Assembly: GCA_026414975.1 (NCBI GenBank) | Contig: JAOAHZ010000009.1 | Location: 8,038 to 72,037, forward strand | Source: Bacteroidia bacterium | GTDB lineage: Bacteria; Bacteroidota; Bacteroidia; SpSt-205 | DNA: 64,000 bases | Direction: 5' to 3' | Shown here: piece by piece, positions 56,923-64,000 of the stretch | Layout of the letters: every line of letters starts with the position of its first letter | Numbering within the stretch: position 1 is the stretch's first letter | Notes under the pieces: generated by a model | Told to the model about the DNA's origin: nothing | What the model saw: only the letters and a program-made list of their open reading frames with translations | Database searches by the model: none | Program-made: the position numbers and the translations under genes

Positions 56923-59250
56923 TTATTTTTTCCGACTAAGGCGTCGCTTGTGGCGTTGAGGCTTCTTCTCTATGAGCGCTTGACAAACTTCTAAGGTTAG
57001 GGAATCGGGAGAAATATCCTTTGGGACAGAACGCGTACCCCCAGGAAACCGAATATAGGGACCGTATCGCCCCCGTATGACTTCTATTTGGGCTTCTGGG
57101 AAGCTGCAGAGGACTGTTGATTCGGTATGGCGTCGGGTTTCTATAGCTTCTATCGCTTCAGAATCGGTGAGGTGAAACGGATCAGCCCCGGCAGGAAGGG
57201 GATAGTTCTTGCCTTTATGCCGAATGTAGTACCCATAAGGTCCTCGGCGTACCACAATGGGTTCGCCCTCATACACTCCTACCTCACGAGGAAAAGACAA
57301 TAGCTCCAGCGCTTGCTCTAAGGATATGTCCTTAGCTGAAAGGGTAGGAGGCAAGGAGGCCGTTTTGTAAGCTGGGTCTCCCTTCTCAGCCAAGGCAACA
57401 TAAGCGCCTCGGGGACTTAGATAAACGCTTACAACTTTGCCAGAGCTGGGATCTGTGCCTAAAACCCATGAGCGCTTCTCCATGCGTCCAGCTTGGGAGA
57501 GTTCATGGGTGAAGTGTTCGTAGAAAGCGCTGAGCATTCTCTGCCAATCCAGCTTTTCGGCGGCGATTTGATCCAGCTCTTCCTCTACCCGAGCTGTGAA
57601 GTCGTAGTCCATGATATCGGGAAACTGCGAAAGGAGAAAATCGGTAACCTGGATACCTAAGCGAGTAGGTATGAGCTTATTACGCTGTACCTCAGGGGGG
57701 GGCACGTGGCGACGTGAGGTTAGGCTTCCATCTGGGAGAAAGAGTATTTCTGTGTAAGCTGGACGGGGCACTCGGGCTTCGGTTCGCTCGGCGTATTGTC
57801 GCTTGAGGAGGGTCTCCACGGTAGGTGCATAAGTAGAGGGCCTTCCGATACCTCTGGCTTCCAACTCTCGAACAAGGGTGCCTTCGGTATAGCGCGCAGG
57901 AGGCGCTGGAAATCGCTCCCACAAACGAAGTCGTTCCCATTCCAATAGAACCCCTTCTTGCAGGGGAGGTAAAGTGGTCTCTTCGTCCTCCTCAGGGTCA
58001 TGACCATAGATCAGGAGAAAGCCCGGATGAGTCAAAATGCGACCCTTCGCTTCAAAATGCAGGAGAGGATCAGAGGTAGGCTCAGGGAGCAGCTTAACTA
58101 CTGTCTCCTCGTAGAGGGCGTCGGTCATTTGGCTGGCGAGGGTTCGTCGCCAAATCAGAGCATACAGCTTTCGTTCATCTGGCGTGTCGCCTGCTTCCTC
58201 TACGCTCGGGTCTGTCGGACGAATAGCCTCGTGGGCTTCTTGGGCATGCAGCGCCTTCTTATCTGCCCAAGTACGAGGCGCCACCTCCTTGGGTCCAAAT
58301 CGCTGAAGGATCACTTCATGGATGTTTTCCAGCGCTTCGGGGGCTAAATGCACCGAATCGGTGCGCATGTAAGTGATGAGACCTTTTTCGTACAAGTTCT
58401 GAGCGGCTCGCATGGTACGCTGCAGCGAGAAACCTAACCGCCGCTGAGCTTCTTGTTGTAGGGTAGAAGTGGTGAAAGGAGCTGAGGGACCTCGGCGTCG
58501 GGGTTTTCTCTGTACCTGGGCCACCCGTAGATGGCGTCCCACAAGCCGCCTAAGCCACTGACTTCCTAACTCAATGGAGGGTATCTCGGGCTCCACCAGT
58601 ACCGCCTTGAAAGCCGGAGAACTCGCTATGTAGGCTTCAGCCGCTATCGTGGGGTCAGGCCGAAAAGCTGCAATCTCTCGCTCCCGTTCCACTAAAAGCC
58701 TTAGCGCCACGGACTGTACTCGCCCAGCTGATAGAGCCGCTCGTCTCTTGCCACTTTGGGGGAAGGTACGCCAAAGCAAAGGTGATATTTGATACCCCAC
58801 AATCCGATCCAGAAAGCGCCGAGCTTGCTGGGCTTCTATCAGGTGAAAGTTGAGAGGGCGTGGCTTGCGCAGAGCCTCTTGAAGCGCTCTCTTGGTAATC
58901 TCATGAAAAGCAATTCGTACAGGCTCATGCCCATCTATACCTAACAGCTCACACAAGTGCCAAGCAATAGCTTCTCCTTCGCGGTCTTCATCCGTAGCTA
59001 AATACACTTGCGTAGCTTGCTCTACTGCCTGCTTGATTTTCTGGACAATAGCAGCCTTCTGAGGAAGCGGTTGATAAGTGGGGGTGAATCGGTATCCTTC
59101 GCTTACCTTATCTATACGCAGGCCCAGCCCTCGCTCTGGAAGATCGCGCACATGCCCCTGAGATGCAACGACTTCATATTTATTGCCTAAGAGGCGGCGG
59201 ATCGTTTGAGCCTTCGTCGGAGACTCCACAATAAGGAGCAGCCTATCCAT
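56923..59250 (-). CDS. topA: DNA topoisomerase I
   Basis: Toprim N-terminus 'LLIVESPTKAQTIRRLLG', a Topo IA core, and C-terminal repeats. Confidence 0.9.
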   Translation of the reverse strand: MDRLLLIVESPTKAQTIRRLLGNKYEVVASQGHVRDLPERGLGLRIDKVSEGYRFTPTYQPLPQKAAIVQKIKQAVEQATQVYLATDEDREGEAIAWHLCELLGIDGHEPVRIAFHEITKRALQEALRKPRPLNFHLIEAQQARRFLDRIVGYQISPLLWRTFPQSGKRRAALSAGRVQSVALRLLVEREREIAAFRPDPTIAAEAYIASSPAFKAVLVEPEIPSIELGSQWLRRLVGRHLRVAQVQRKPRRRGPSAPFTTSTLQQEAQRRLGFSLQRTMRAAQNLYEKGLITYMRTDSVHLAPEALENIHEVILQRFGPKEVAPRTWADKKALHAQEAHEAIRPTDPSVEEAGDTPDERKLYALIWRRTLASQMTDALYEETVVKLLPEPTSDPLLHFEAKGRILTHPGFLLIYGHDPEEDEETTLPPLQEGVLLEWERLRLWERFPAPPARYTEGTLVRELEARGIGRPSTYAPTVETLLKRQYAERTEARVPRPAYTEILFLPDGSLTSRRHVPPPEVQRNKLIPTRLGIQVTDFLLSQFPDIMDYDFTARVEEELDQIAAEKLDWQRMLSAFYEHFTHELSQAGRMEKRSWVLGTDPSSGKVVSVYLSPRGAYVALAEKGDPAYKTASLPPTLSAKDISLEQALELLSFPREVGVYEGEPIVVRRGPYGYYIRHKGKNYPLPAGADPFHLTDSEAIEAIETRRHTESTVLCSFPEAQIEVIRGRYGPYIRFPGGTRSVPKDISPDSLTLEVCQALIEKKPQRHKRRLSRKK

Positions 59251-59283
59251 CGCAGCAAAGATATCAGGAGTATCTTTGCTCGC

Positions 59284-59841
59284 ATGAAGCCCACCCTATG
59301 GCTCGTGGAAGACGATCCCGTCTGGACAGAGCTGATCCAATCCAAGTACAGCGAGAAGTATGCCATCCAGCACTTTCCTACGGTCTCAGCGGCTATAGAG
59401 GCGATGCGTTCTAACTCTCTGCCGAAATACATTCTCTTAGACTACCACCTACCCGACAAGCCAGGCACTGAGCTTCTCAAGGCGCTCCGCAAGCATGAAA
59501 ACCCAGACCTTCCACCTTATGTAATCATGCTATCGGCTCAAGAGGATGTACAAACCGCCGCAGACACTTTCACCTATGGGGCTTATGATTACGTCGTAAA
59601 GGGAGATCGAGTATGGGATCGGCTTCGTATCGCCTTTCGGAATATCCATCAGCAAGAAAAACTGGCCTCTCAAGTTATAGAGCTCCGCTTGAAAATAAAG
59701 CGCTCCCAGCTAATGGCATGGTCGGTGGTGCTGCTTGCCTTTCTAATCAGCTTGATGGTGTATCTTCAACTTTGCCCAGAAGATCGTCTGTGGAAATGGG
59801 ATCCCTTCGGTATGGGACAAAAGCCCTCCTGTGCGCCGTAG
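59284..59841 (+). CDS. Single-domain response regulator (CheY-like receiver) with a C-terminal hydrophobic helix
   Basis: 'LWLVEDDP', phospho-acceptor 'ILLDYHLPD', 'MLSAQED', 'YVVKG'. Then a coiled segment and 'LMAWSVVLLAFLISLMVYLQL'. Confidence 0.7.
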   Translation: MKPTLWLVEDDPVWTELIQSKYSEKYAIQHFPTVSAAIEAMRSNSLPKYILLDYHLPDKPGTELLKALRKHENPDLPPYVIMLSAQEDVQTAADTFTYGAYDYVVKGDRVWDRLRIAFRNIHQQEKLASQVIELRLKIKRSQLMAWSVVLLAFLISLMVYLQLCPEDRLWKWDPFGMGQKPSCAP

Positions 59842-60941
59842 TATCAGCTCAGACTCCCCTGCCCTATCAAAGCTCCTATCGGGAGCACGCCTTAGAAGCC
59901 TTACGCACTTTTTATGCAATGAACTTTCCCCGAGCCGAACAGCTTCTGTCTAAGTTGGACTCTCTTTTTGGGTTATATGTAGGCACCTCTTATCTGCGAG
60001 CCTTGGCTTATTCATGGCGAATAGAGTTGGACCCTTCCACGACCTGGTTTGATAGTTTTTGGGAAAGGGAGCTGCAACGCACCGACTCTCTACTCCGCTG
60101 CTGCGCCTCCCACCCTCTGGAGAAGTACTTTATTGGATTTGCTAACAAAGCTCTGGAAGTGCGCCGACTTTATGTGCGAGGACAGCTTATCCCCTCGGTC
60201 TGGAAAGCGCGCGAGCTTATCGGCCTTCTGGATGGAATCCGTCGATACGCTGACGCTTATCCTGAAATGCAGTTTGAGCTGGGACTGTACGAATATTACA
60301 TTGACTACTTCTCCCAGAACTACCCCATCATGCGCCCCATCCTATACTTTTTCCCCAAAGGCAACGAACGATCGGGTCTGCTGCGATTAGAGCGATGTGC
60401 TCGAGATTCCCTAAACTACACCCAGTACGAAGCCGCCTATTTCTTGGGGTACATCTACCTGTACCAAGCCAAACGACCAGCCCAAGCGGTCTATTGGCTC
60501 TCACAGCTTTCTGAGCGATTCCCAGCGAATCCCCTTTTTCGGCGCATGTGGGCCGAAGCCTTGTACCAAACTGGACGCTATCAAGAAGCTCGGGAGGCTA
60601 TCCGCCCCTGGATAGAAGCGTATGAACGAGCTTGCTCCCGCCCCCCCTGCTACCTCATTACAGGCTCTTATCCAACCTCGGAAGCCGTACAATCCTACGG
60701 GCTTCTGGGAATGTCCTTTCGGGAAGAAAAGCGTTACGCTGAAGCCCAGGCCGCCTTCGCCCGCATGGACAGCCTTCTCAAAACCCTGCGTCTATTCCCC
60801 GCACCAACTTGGGCGCGACTCATGCGTGAGGCCGCTATATTGGAGAAGCAAAGAGGAGATACCAGAGCCGCAGAAGCCCGACTGAGAGCCATACGAGAGC
60901 GAGACGATGTGCCCGCCTATCTCAAAGCTCCTTTACCCTAA
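59796..60941 (+). CDS. Hypothetical secreted alpha-helical (TPR-like) protein; the start is ambiguous
   Basis: Signal-peptide-like 'MGSLRYGTKALLCAVVSAQTP' at 59796, which overlaps the receiver gene by 46 nt. The next ATG is at 59919. Helical repeats run throughout. Confidence 0.45.
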   Translation: MGSLRYGTKALLCAVVSAQTPLPYQSSYREHALEALRTFYAMNFPRAEQLLSKLDSLFGLYVGTSYLRALAYSWRIELDPSTTWFDSFWERELQRTDSLLRCCASHPLEKYFIGFANKALEVRRLYVRGQLIPSVWKARELIGLLDGIRRYADAYPEMQFELGLYEYYIDYFSQNYPIMRPILYFFPKGNERSGLLRLERCARDSLNYTQYEAAYFLGYIYLYQAKRPAQAVYWLSQLSERFPANPLFRRMWAEALYQTGRYQEAREAIRPWIEAYERACSRPPCYLITGSYPTSEAVQSYGLLGMSFREEKRYAEAQAAFARMDSLLKTLRLFPAPTWARLMREAAILEKQRGDTRAAEARLRAIRERDDVPAYLKAPLP

Positions 60942-61129
60942 GGGCCACCTAAACCCAGTATTCACCCTTTTCAGGATGGAGAGGTGCGTTTTACCCCTCT
61001 GCGAGACATGTGAGGCTCTCAAGACCTACTCCCAAGTTTTATTGGGACATACTCACCCCAGATGGTTTCCAGAGGAGCTTTGAACGCAGCCGAAGCAATA
61101 GAAGAAAGTCTCATTTGTTTATTCGTATC

Positions 61130-61741
61130 ATGCTGATCTACACAGCCCGAGACCTTGAACGAGCTGACAGGGGATGGCGCATCAACTTTATCAACTGCCT
61201 GATTGGCGTAAAAAATCTTCATGTTCTCATCACTCGTAATACGAACCGAACTTACAATGCAGCCATTTTCAACTCGGGCCTCCATCTGGGCTCCTCACCC
61301 CCCTTCGTAGGATTTCTCTTGCGTCCTACAACTGTACCTCGCCATACCTATGAGAACCTTCGCCTCTATCCCTTTGCCACCCTGAATGCAGTAAGCGAAG
61401 GTTTCTATAAAAAAGCCCATCAAACCCACCTCAAGCTACCCTATGGAGAAAGCGAACTAGACCTGTTTGGGCTGGCCTTAGATGAGGGAATAGACGAGGA
61501 TATCCCTTATCTGACCGAGAGCCCTCTACGAGCCCGACTTCGTCTCGTGGAAGAGCACCTCTTGACGATGAATCAAACGCGCCTTCTTGTCTTCGCCGTG
61601 GAAACTGTGCACATAGCCATAGAGCCAGATAGCGATGGATTTTTCCGCTTGGACGACTTACATCTGGTTGCTGGCTCTGGCTGCGATGCTTACTGGCAGG
61701 TGAAGTACCTTAGTCGCGAACCTCTCCACCAGCGAAGATGA
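61130..61741 (+). CDS. Flavin-reductase-like / PNPOx-like split-barrel FMN-binding protein (tentative)
   Basis: The pattern '...NAAIFNSGLHLGSSPPFVGFLLRP...YENLRLYPFATLNAV' resembles the flavin_reduct fold. I used an internal start, since the track ORF begins at 61010. Confidence 0.4.
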   Translation: MLIYTARDLERADRGWRINFINCLIGVKNLHVLITRNTNRTYNAAIFNSGLHLGSSPPFVGFLLRPTTVPRHTYENLRLYPFATLNAVSEGFYKKAHQTHLKLPYGESELDLFGLALDEGIDEDIPYLTESPLRARLRLVEEHLLTMNQTRLLVFAVETVHIAIEPDSDGFFRLDDLHLVAGSGCDAYWQVKYLSREPLHQRR

Positions 61742-61747
61742 ACGCGT

Positions 61748-63439
61748 ATGCGATCTCTGATTAAGCTCCTTTTTCCCTTTTATCGCCGGCACGGAGGTTT
61801 ATTCATTTTAGGAGTGGTGGCGGTAGCGGGCGTAAATGCCTTGGCTCTCATACCAGGGTGGACAGCTGGTAAAGTCATAGATTTCCTAACGGAAGTGCAG
61901 CATGCTCAGACGATGGCAGCGGTCCTCCTACCTATAGCCGGATACCTCGGACTGCTATGGGGACTCTCTATAACCCGCGCCTTTCTGATGGTAGCGATGC
62001 GCCTCACCCTCGTCGTCGTGAGCCGACGCGTGGAACGCGATCAACGCGCCGCCCTCACAGCTCAGCTATTAGAATGGGACCTCACCACCCTCCAGAAGTA
62101 TCCTGTAGGAGATTTGATGACTTATTTCACCGAGGACCTCAACCGCCTTCGCAATTTTACGGGCCCCGTCATTCTGTATGGCCTTCAGGTGATCTTTCTG
62201 GTCCTTTTTACAGCCTCGCTTATGATAGCCATGCATCCGAAGTTAGCCCTTATCACCTTAGCGCCCTTGCTCTTCATAGGACCTATCAGCTACCTCCTCA
62301 GGAAAAAAGCTCTACAGCGAGGCCACATTCAGCAGGAGGCCTTCGCTCGCCTTAGTGCTTTCATCCAGCAAGTTTATCCCTATCTTCGTCCTCTACGAGC
62401 CATAGCTAATCCCATAGCTCTCAGTCAAGAATGGAACCGTCGCACTGACCGCCACACTCAAGCCAGCCTCGCTGTAGCAAGTGTGGAGGGGTACATTCAA
62501 CCTCTAATGACCCTCTTCATAGGACTAAGCCTCACCTTGGTGATCATCTATGGGGGGCTAGCGGTCCTAAATGGAGAGATCACCCTTGGTGTCGTCGGAG
62601 CATTCAGTTTGTACATCTTGCAGCTAATGTTTCCTTTGGGAGCGCTGGGGTGGCTGATCAGCTTAGTCCAGCAGGCGCGCGCCAGCGCCGAACGGCTCCT
62701 ATCTCTTCAATCTATTGAGCCTGAGCTGCGGTATCCTCGCGTATCCATCGCTCGGCCAGCTCATTCGGGCTGGTCTTGGGAAAACTTGGGATTCTATTAC
62801 GAACCAAGACGGTGGCTCTTCCGTCACCTCAACGGCTCCATACACGCCGGGGCCAAGGTAGCCCTTTCTATGCCCATGGGCTCAGGAAAGACTACCCTAG
62901 CGCGCCTTCTGATTCGCCAGTTAGACCCTAAAGAAGGCCAAATAGGATATGGAGGTGTAGTCCTCTCGTCCATGAGCCGCACAGACCTAAGGCGCTATAT
63001 TGGTTATGTGCCTCAGCAGCCTGTACTTCTGAGCGGCACCATCATAGAGAATCTGCGCTCGGTCAAGCCAGAAGCCTCTTTCTCGGAGATATGGAAAGTT
63101 TTAGAGATAGCAGGATTGGCAGAGGAGGTGAGCCGCCTCCCTAAAGCCTTACACACAGAGATTGGGGTTTGGGGGCAGCAAGTCTCTGGCGGGCAGCGTC
63201 AACGACTGGCCTTAGCTATGGTCCTTTTGCGCTCGCCCCAAGCCCTTGTATTAGACGAAACTTTCGCTCCCTTGGACGGAGACAAAGTGCAGGAGATTTT
63301 GACCTATTTACACAAGCACTATGCAGGCGCCACCTGGTTTATCATCACCCATCGGCAGGAAGTGAGACCCTTTGTAGACGTCTGGCTGACTGATTTTCAG
63401 GCCATCTCTCCGAAAGGCAGCGAAATAGGCGCCCGATGA
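61748..63439 (+). CDS. ABC exporter, fused permease/ATPase (MsbA-like)
   Basis: 6-TM N-terminal domain; Walker A 'MPMGSGKTT', signature 'VSGGQRQRLALA', Walker B 'LVLDETFAPLD'. Confidence 0.8.
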   Translation: MRSLIKLLFPFYRRHGGLFILGVVAVAGVNALALIPGWTAGKVIDFLTEVQHAQTMAAVLLPIAGYLGLLWGLSITRAFLMVAMRLTLVVVSRRVERDQRAALTAQLLEWDLTTLQKYPVGDLMTYFTEDLNRLRNFTGPVILYGLQVIFLVLFTASLMIAMHPKLALITLAPLLFIGPISYLLRKKALQRGHIQQEAFARLSAFIQQVYPYLRPLRAIANPIALSQEWNRRTDRHTQASLAVASVEGYIQPLMTLFIGLSLTLVIIYGGLAVLNGEITLGVVGAFSLYILQLMFPLGALGWLISLVQQARASAERLLSLQSIEPELRYPRVSIARPAHSGWSWENLGFYYEPRRWLFRHLNGSIHAGAKVALSMPMGSGKTTLARLLIRQLDPKEGQIGYGGVVLSSMSRTDLRRYIGYVPQQPVLLSGTIIENLRSVKPEASFSEIWKVLEIAGLAEEVSRLPKALHTEIGVWGQQVSGGQRQRLALAMVLLRSPQALVLDETFAPLDGDKVQEILTYLHKHYAGATWFIITHRQEVRPFVDVWLTDFQAISPKGSEIGAR

Positions 63440-63852
63440 AGTTCTAATCGCCCCTCTGGCAAAATGTGAAACACCGCTAACCCTCTTTGACTTAGCTCAT
63501 CTGACAAGCTATAGCGGTGGCAGCGATGGGGCTCTCCCTCAGCGCACAAAAGCGCCACATGGAGATGCTGAGCAAGTAGTTTCTCTATGGAACGGAAAAG
63601 ATGACGGGGATTAGGTTGCCACTCGTATGCGATACCAGCCTCATGAAGCGCCTTTTGAAGCTGACCTTGAGAGAACTGTGGCACATACTTAGAGTAAGGC
63701 TGGCGCCGAATATCTACCAAGGCATTTACCTCATAGCGCTGCAACAGAGCCAAAAAACCAGCCCAAGTATGCGTACTATGCCCTAGGGTAAAGAGAGCTG
63801 GGGTATTGGCACGACGCAACCGATCATGAAGAGCCTCGCCCAGGCCATCCAA
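63397..63852 (-). CDS. DUF488-family protein; the reading frame stays open upstream to the window edge at 64000
   Basis: 'LFTLGHSTHTWAGFLALLQRYEVNALVDIRRQPYSKYVPQF' matches the DUF488 N-terminal pattern. The TTG at 63852 is the first start in the track, but 49 further in-frame codons with no stop reach nt 64000. Confidence 0.55.
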   Translation of the reverse strand: MDGLGEALHDRLRRANTPALFTLGHSTHTWAGFLALLQRYEVNALVDIRRQPYSKYVPQFSQGQLQKALHEAGIAYEWQPNPRHLFRSIEKLLAQHLHVALLCAEGEPHRCHRYSLSDELSQRGLAVFHILPEGRLELHRAPISLPFGEMA

Positions 63853-64000
63853 GGTGGGAATTCGCTGAACTAAGATATAGTCCGTACCCTCTTGGTCGCA
63901 CTGATGGAGAATAGCGTATAGCGTCTGAGCTGCCTCTTGAAGGCTGCTGGATGGAGTGAGAACGTGACAATGAGATGCTTCAGAGGGAACTTCACTCTCG

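Noticed and set aside
59613-59795. Upstream start at 59613 for the TPR-like ORF
   Set aside because: That would place 60 extra residues entirely inside the receiver-domain gene in another frame. The signal-peptide-like start at 59796 is more plausible, though still uncertain.
1-64000. CRISPR arrays, tRNA or rRNA genes, IS elements or integrases
   Set aside because: I saw no regularly spaced direct repeats, no tRNA-like T-arm or acceptor signatures in the intergenic spacers, and no transposase or integrase motifs in any ORF.

Overview
This 64 kb window looks like chromosomal DNA from a moderately GC-rich bacterium, probably Bacteroidota or Rhodothermota-like. That placement is an inference from two type-IX-secretion (T9SS) cargo genes with type-A and type-B C-terminal sorting domains, SprB-type repeats, a TonB-dependent receptor, and a eukaryote-type GT3 glycogen synthase. 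Several genes are preceded by Shine-Dalgarno-like GAGG motifs.

About 45 protein-coding genes are packed densely on both strands, and most are housekeeping. They include TatC, LptB, ArgS, SerS, GlyRS, ThyA, PyrE, FabG, a thiolase, AcyP, RmlD, Kup, Mdh, SMC, GlyA and TopA. There is a divergent heat-shock pair (CbpA-like DnaJ and Hsp20). There are also two separate alpha-glucan (glycogen) loci.

I found no rRNA, tRNA, CRISPR array, transposase or integrase by eye.

The most unusual items, in rough order:
- A single 1326-aa ORF that fuses a GT3 glycogen synthase to a GT35 alpha-glucan phosphorylase.
- A translationally coupled trio of a debranching-enzyme-like gene, a GT4 gene and a GH57 gene.
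- A five-gene minus-strand operon built around a 1177-aa multi-transmembrane sensor histidine kinase, flanked by two proteins of unknown function, an orphan L-serine dehydratase alpha subunit, and tatC.
- A lipoamide-dehydrogenase-like flavoprotein whose redox-active Cys-x4-Cys is replaced by Ala/Ala, co-operonic with an MMPL/RND transporter.
- A YraN (UPF0102) gene whose conserved N-terminus is encoded in frame but without any canonical start codon.
- A ~447 bp non-coding region upstream of glyA.
- A diverged 483-bp tandem duplication inside the SprB-like T9SS gene.
- Several inverted repeats that may be operators or terminators.

I cannot point to a clear-cut novel defence or mobile system. 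The candidates above are ranked honestly and with modest scores.
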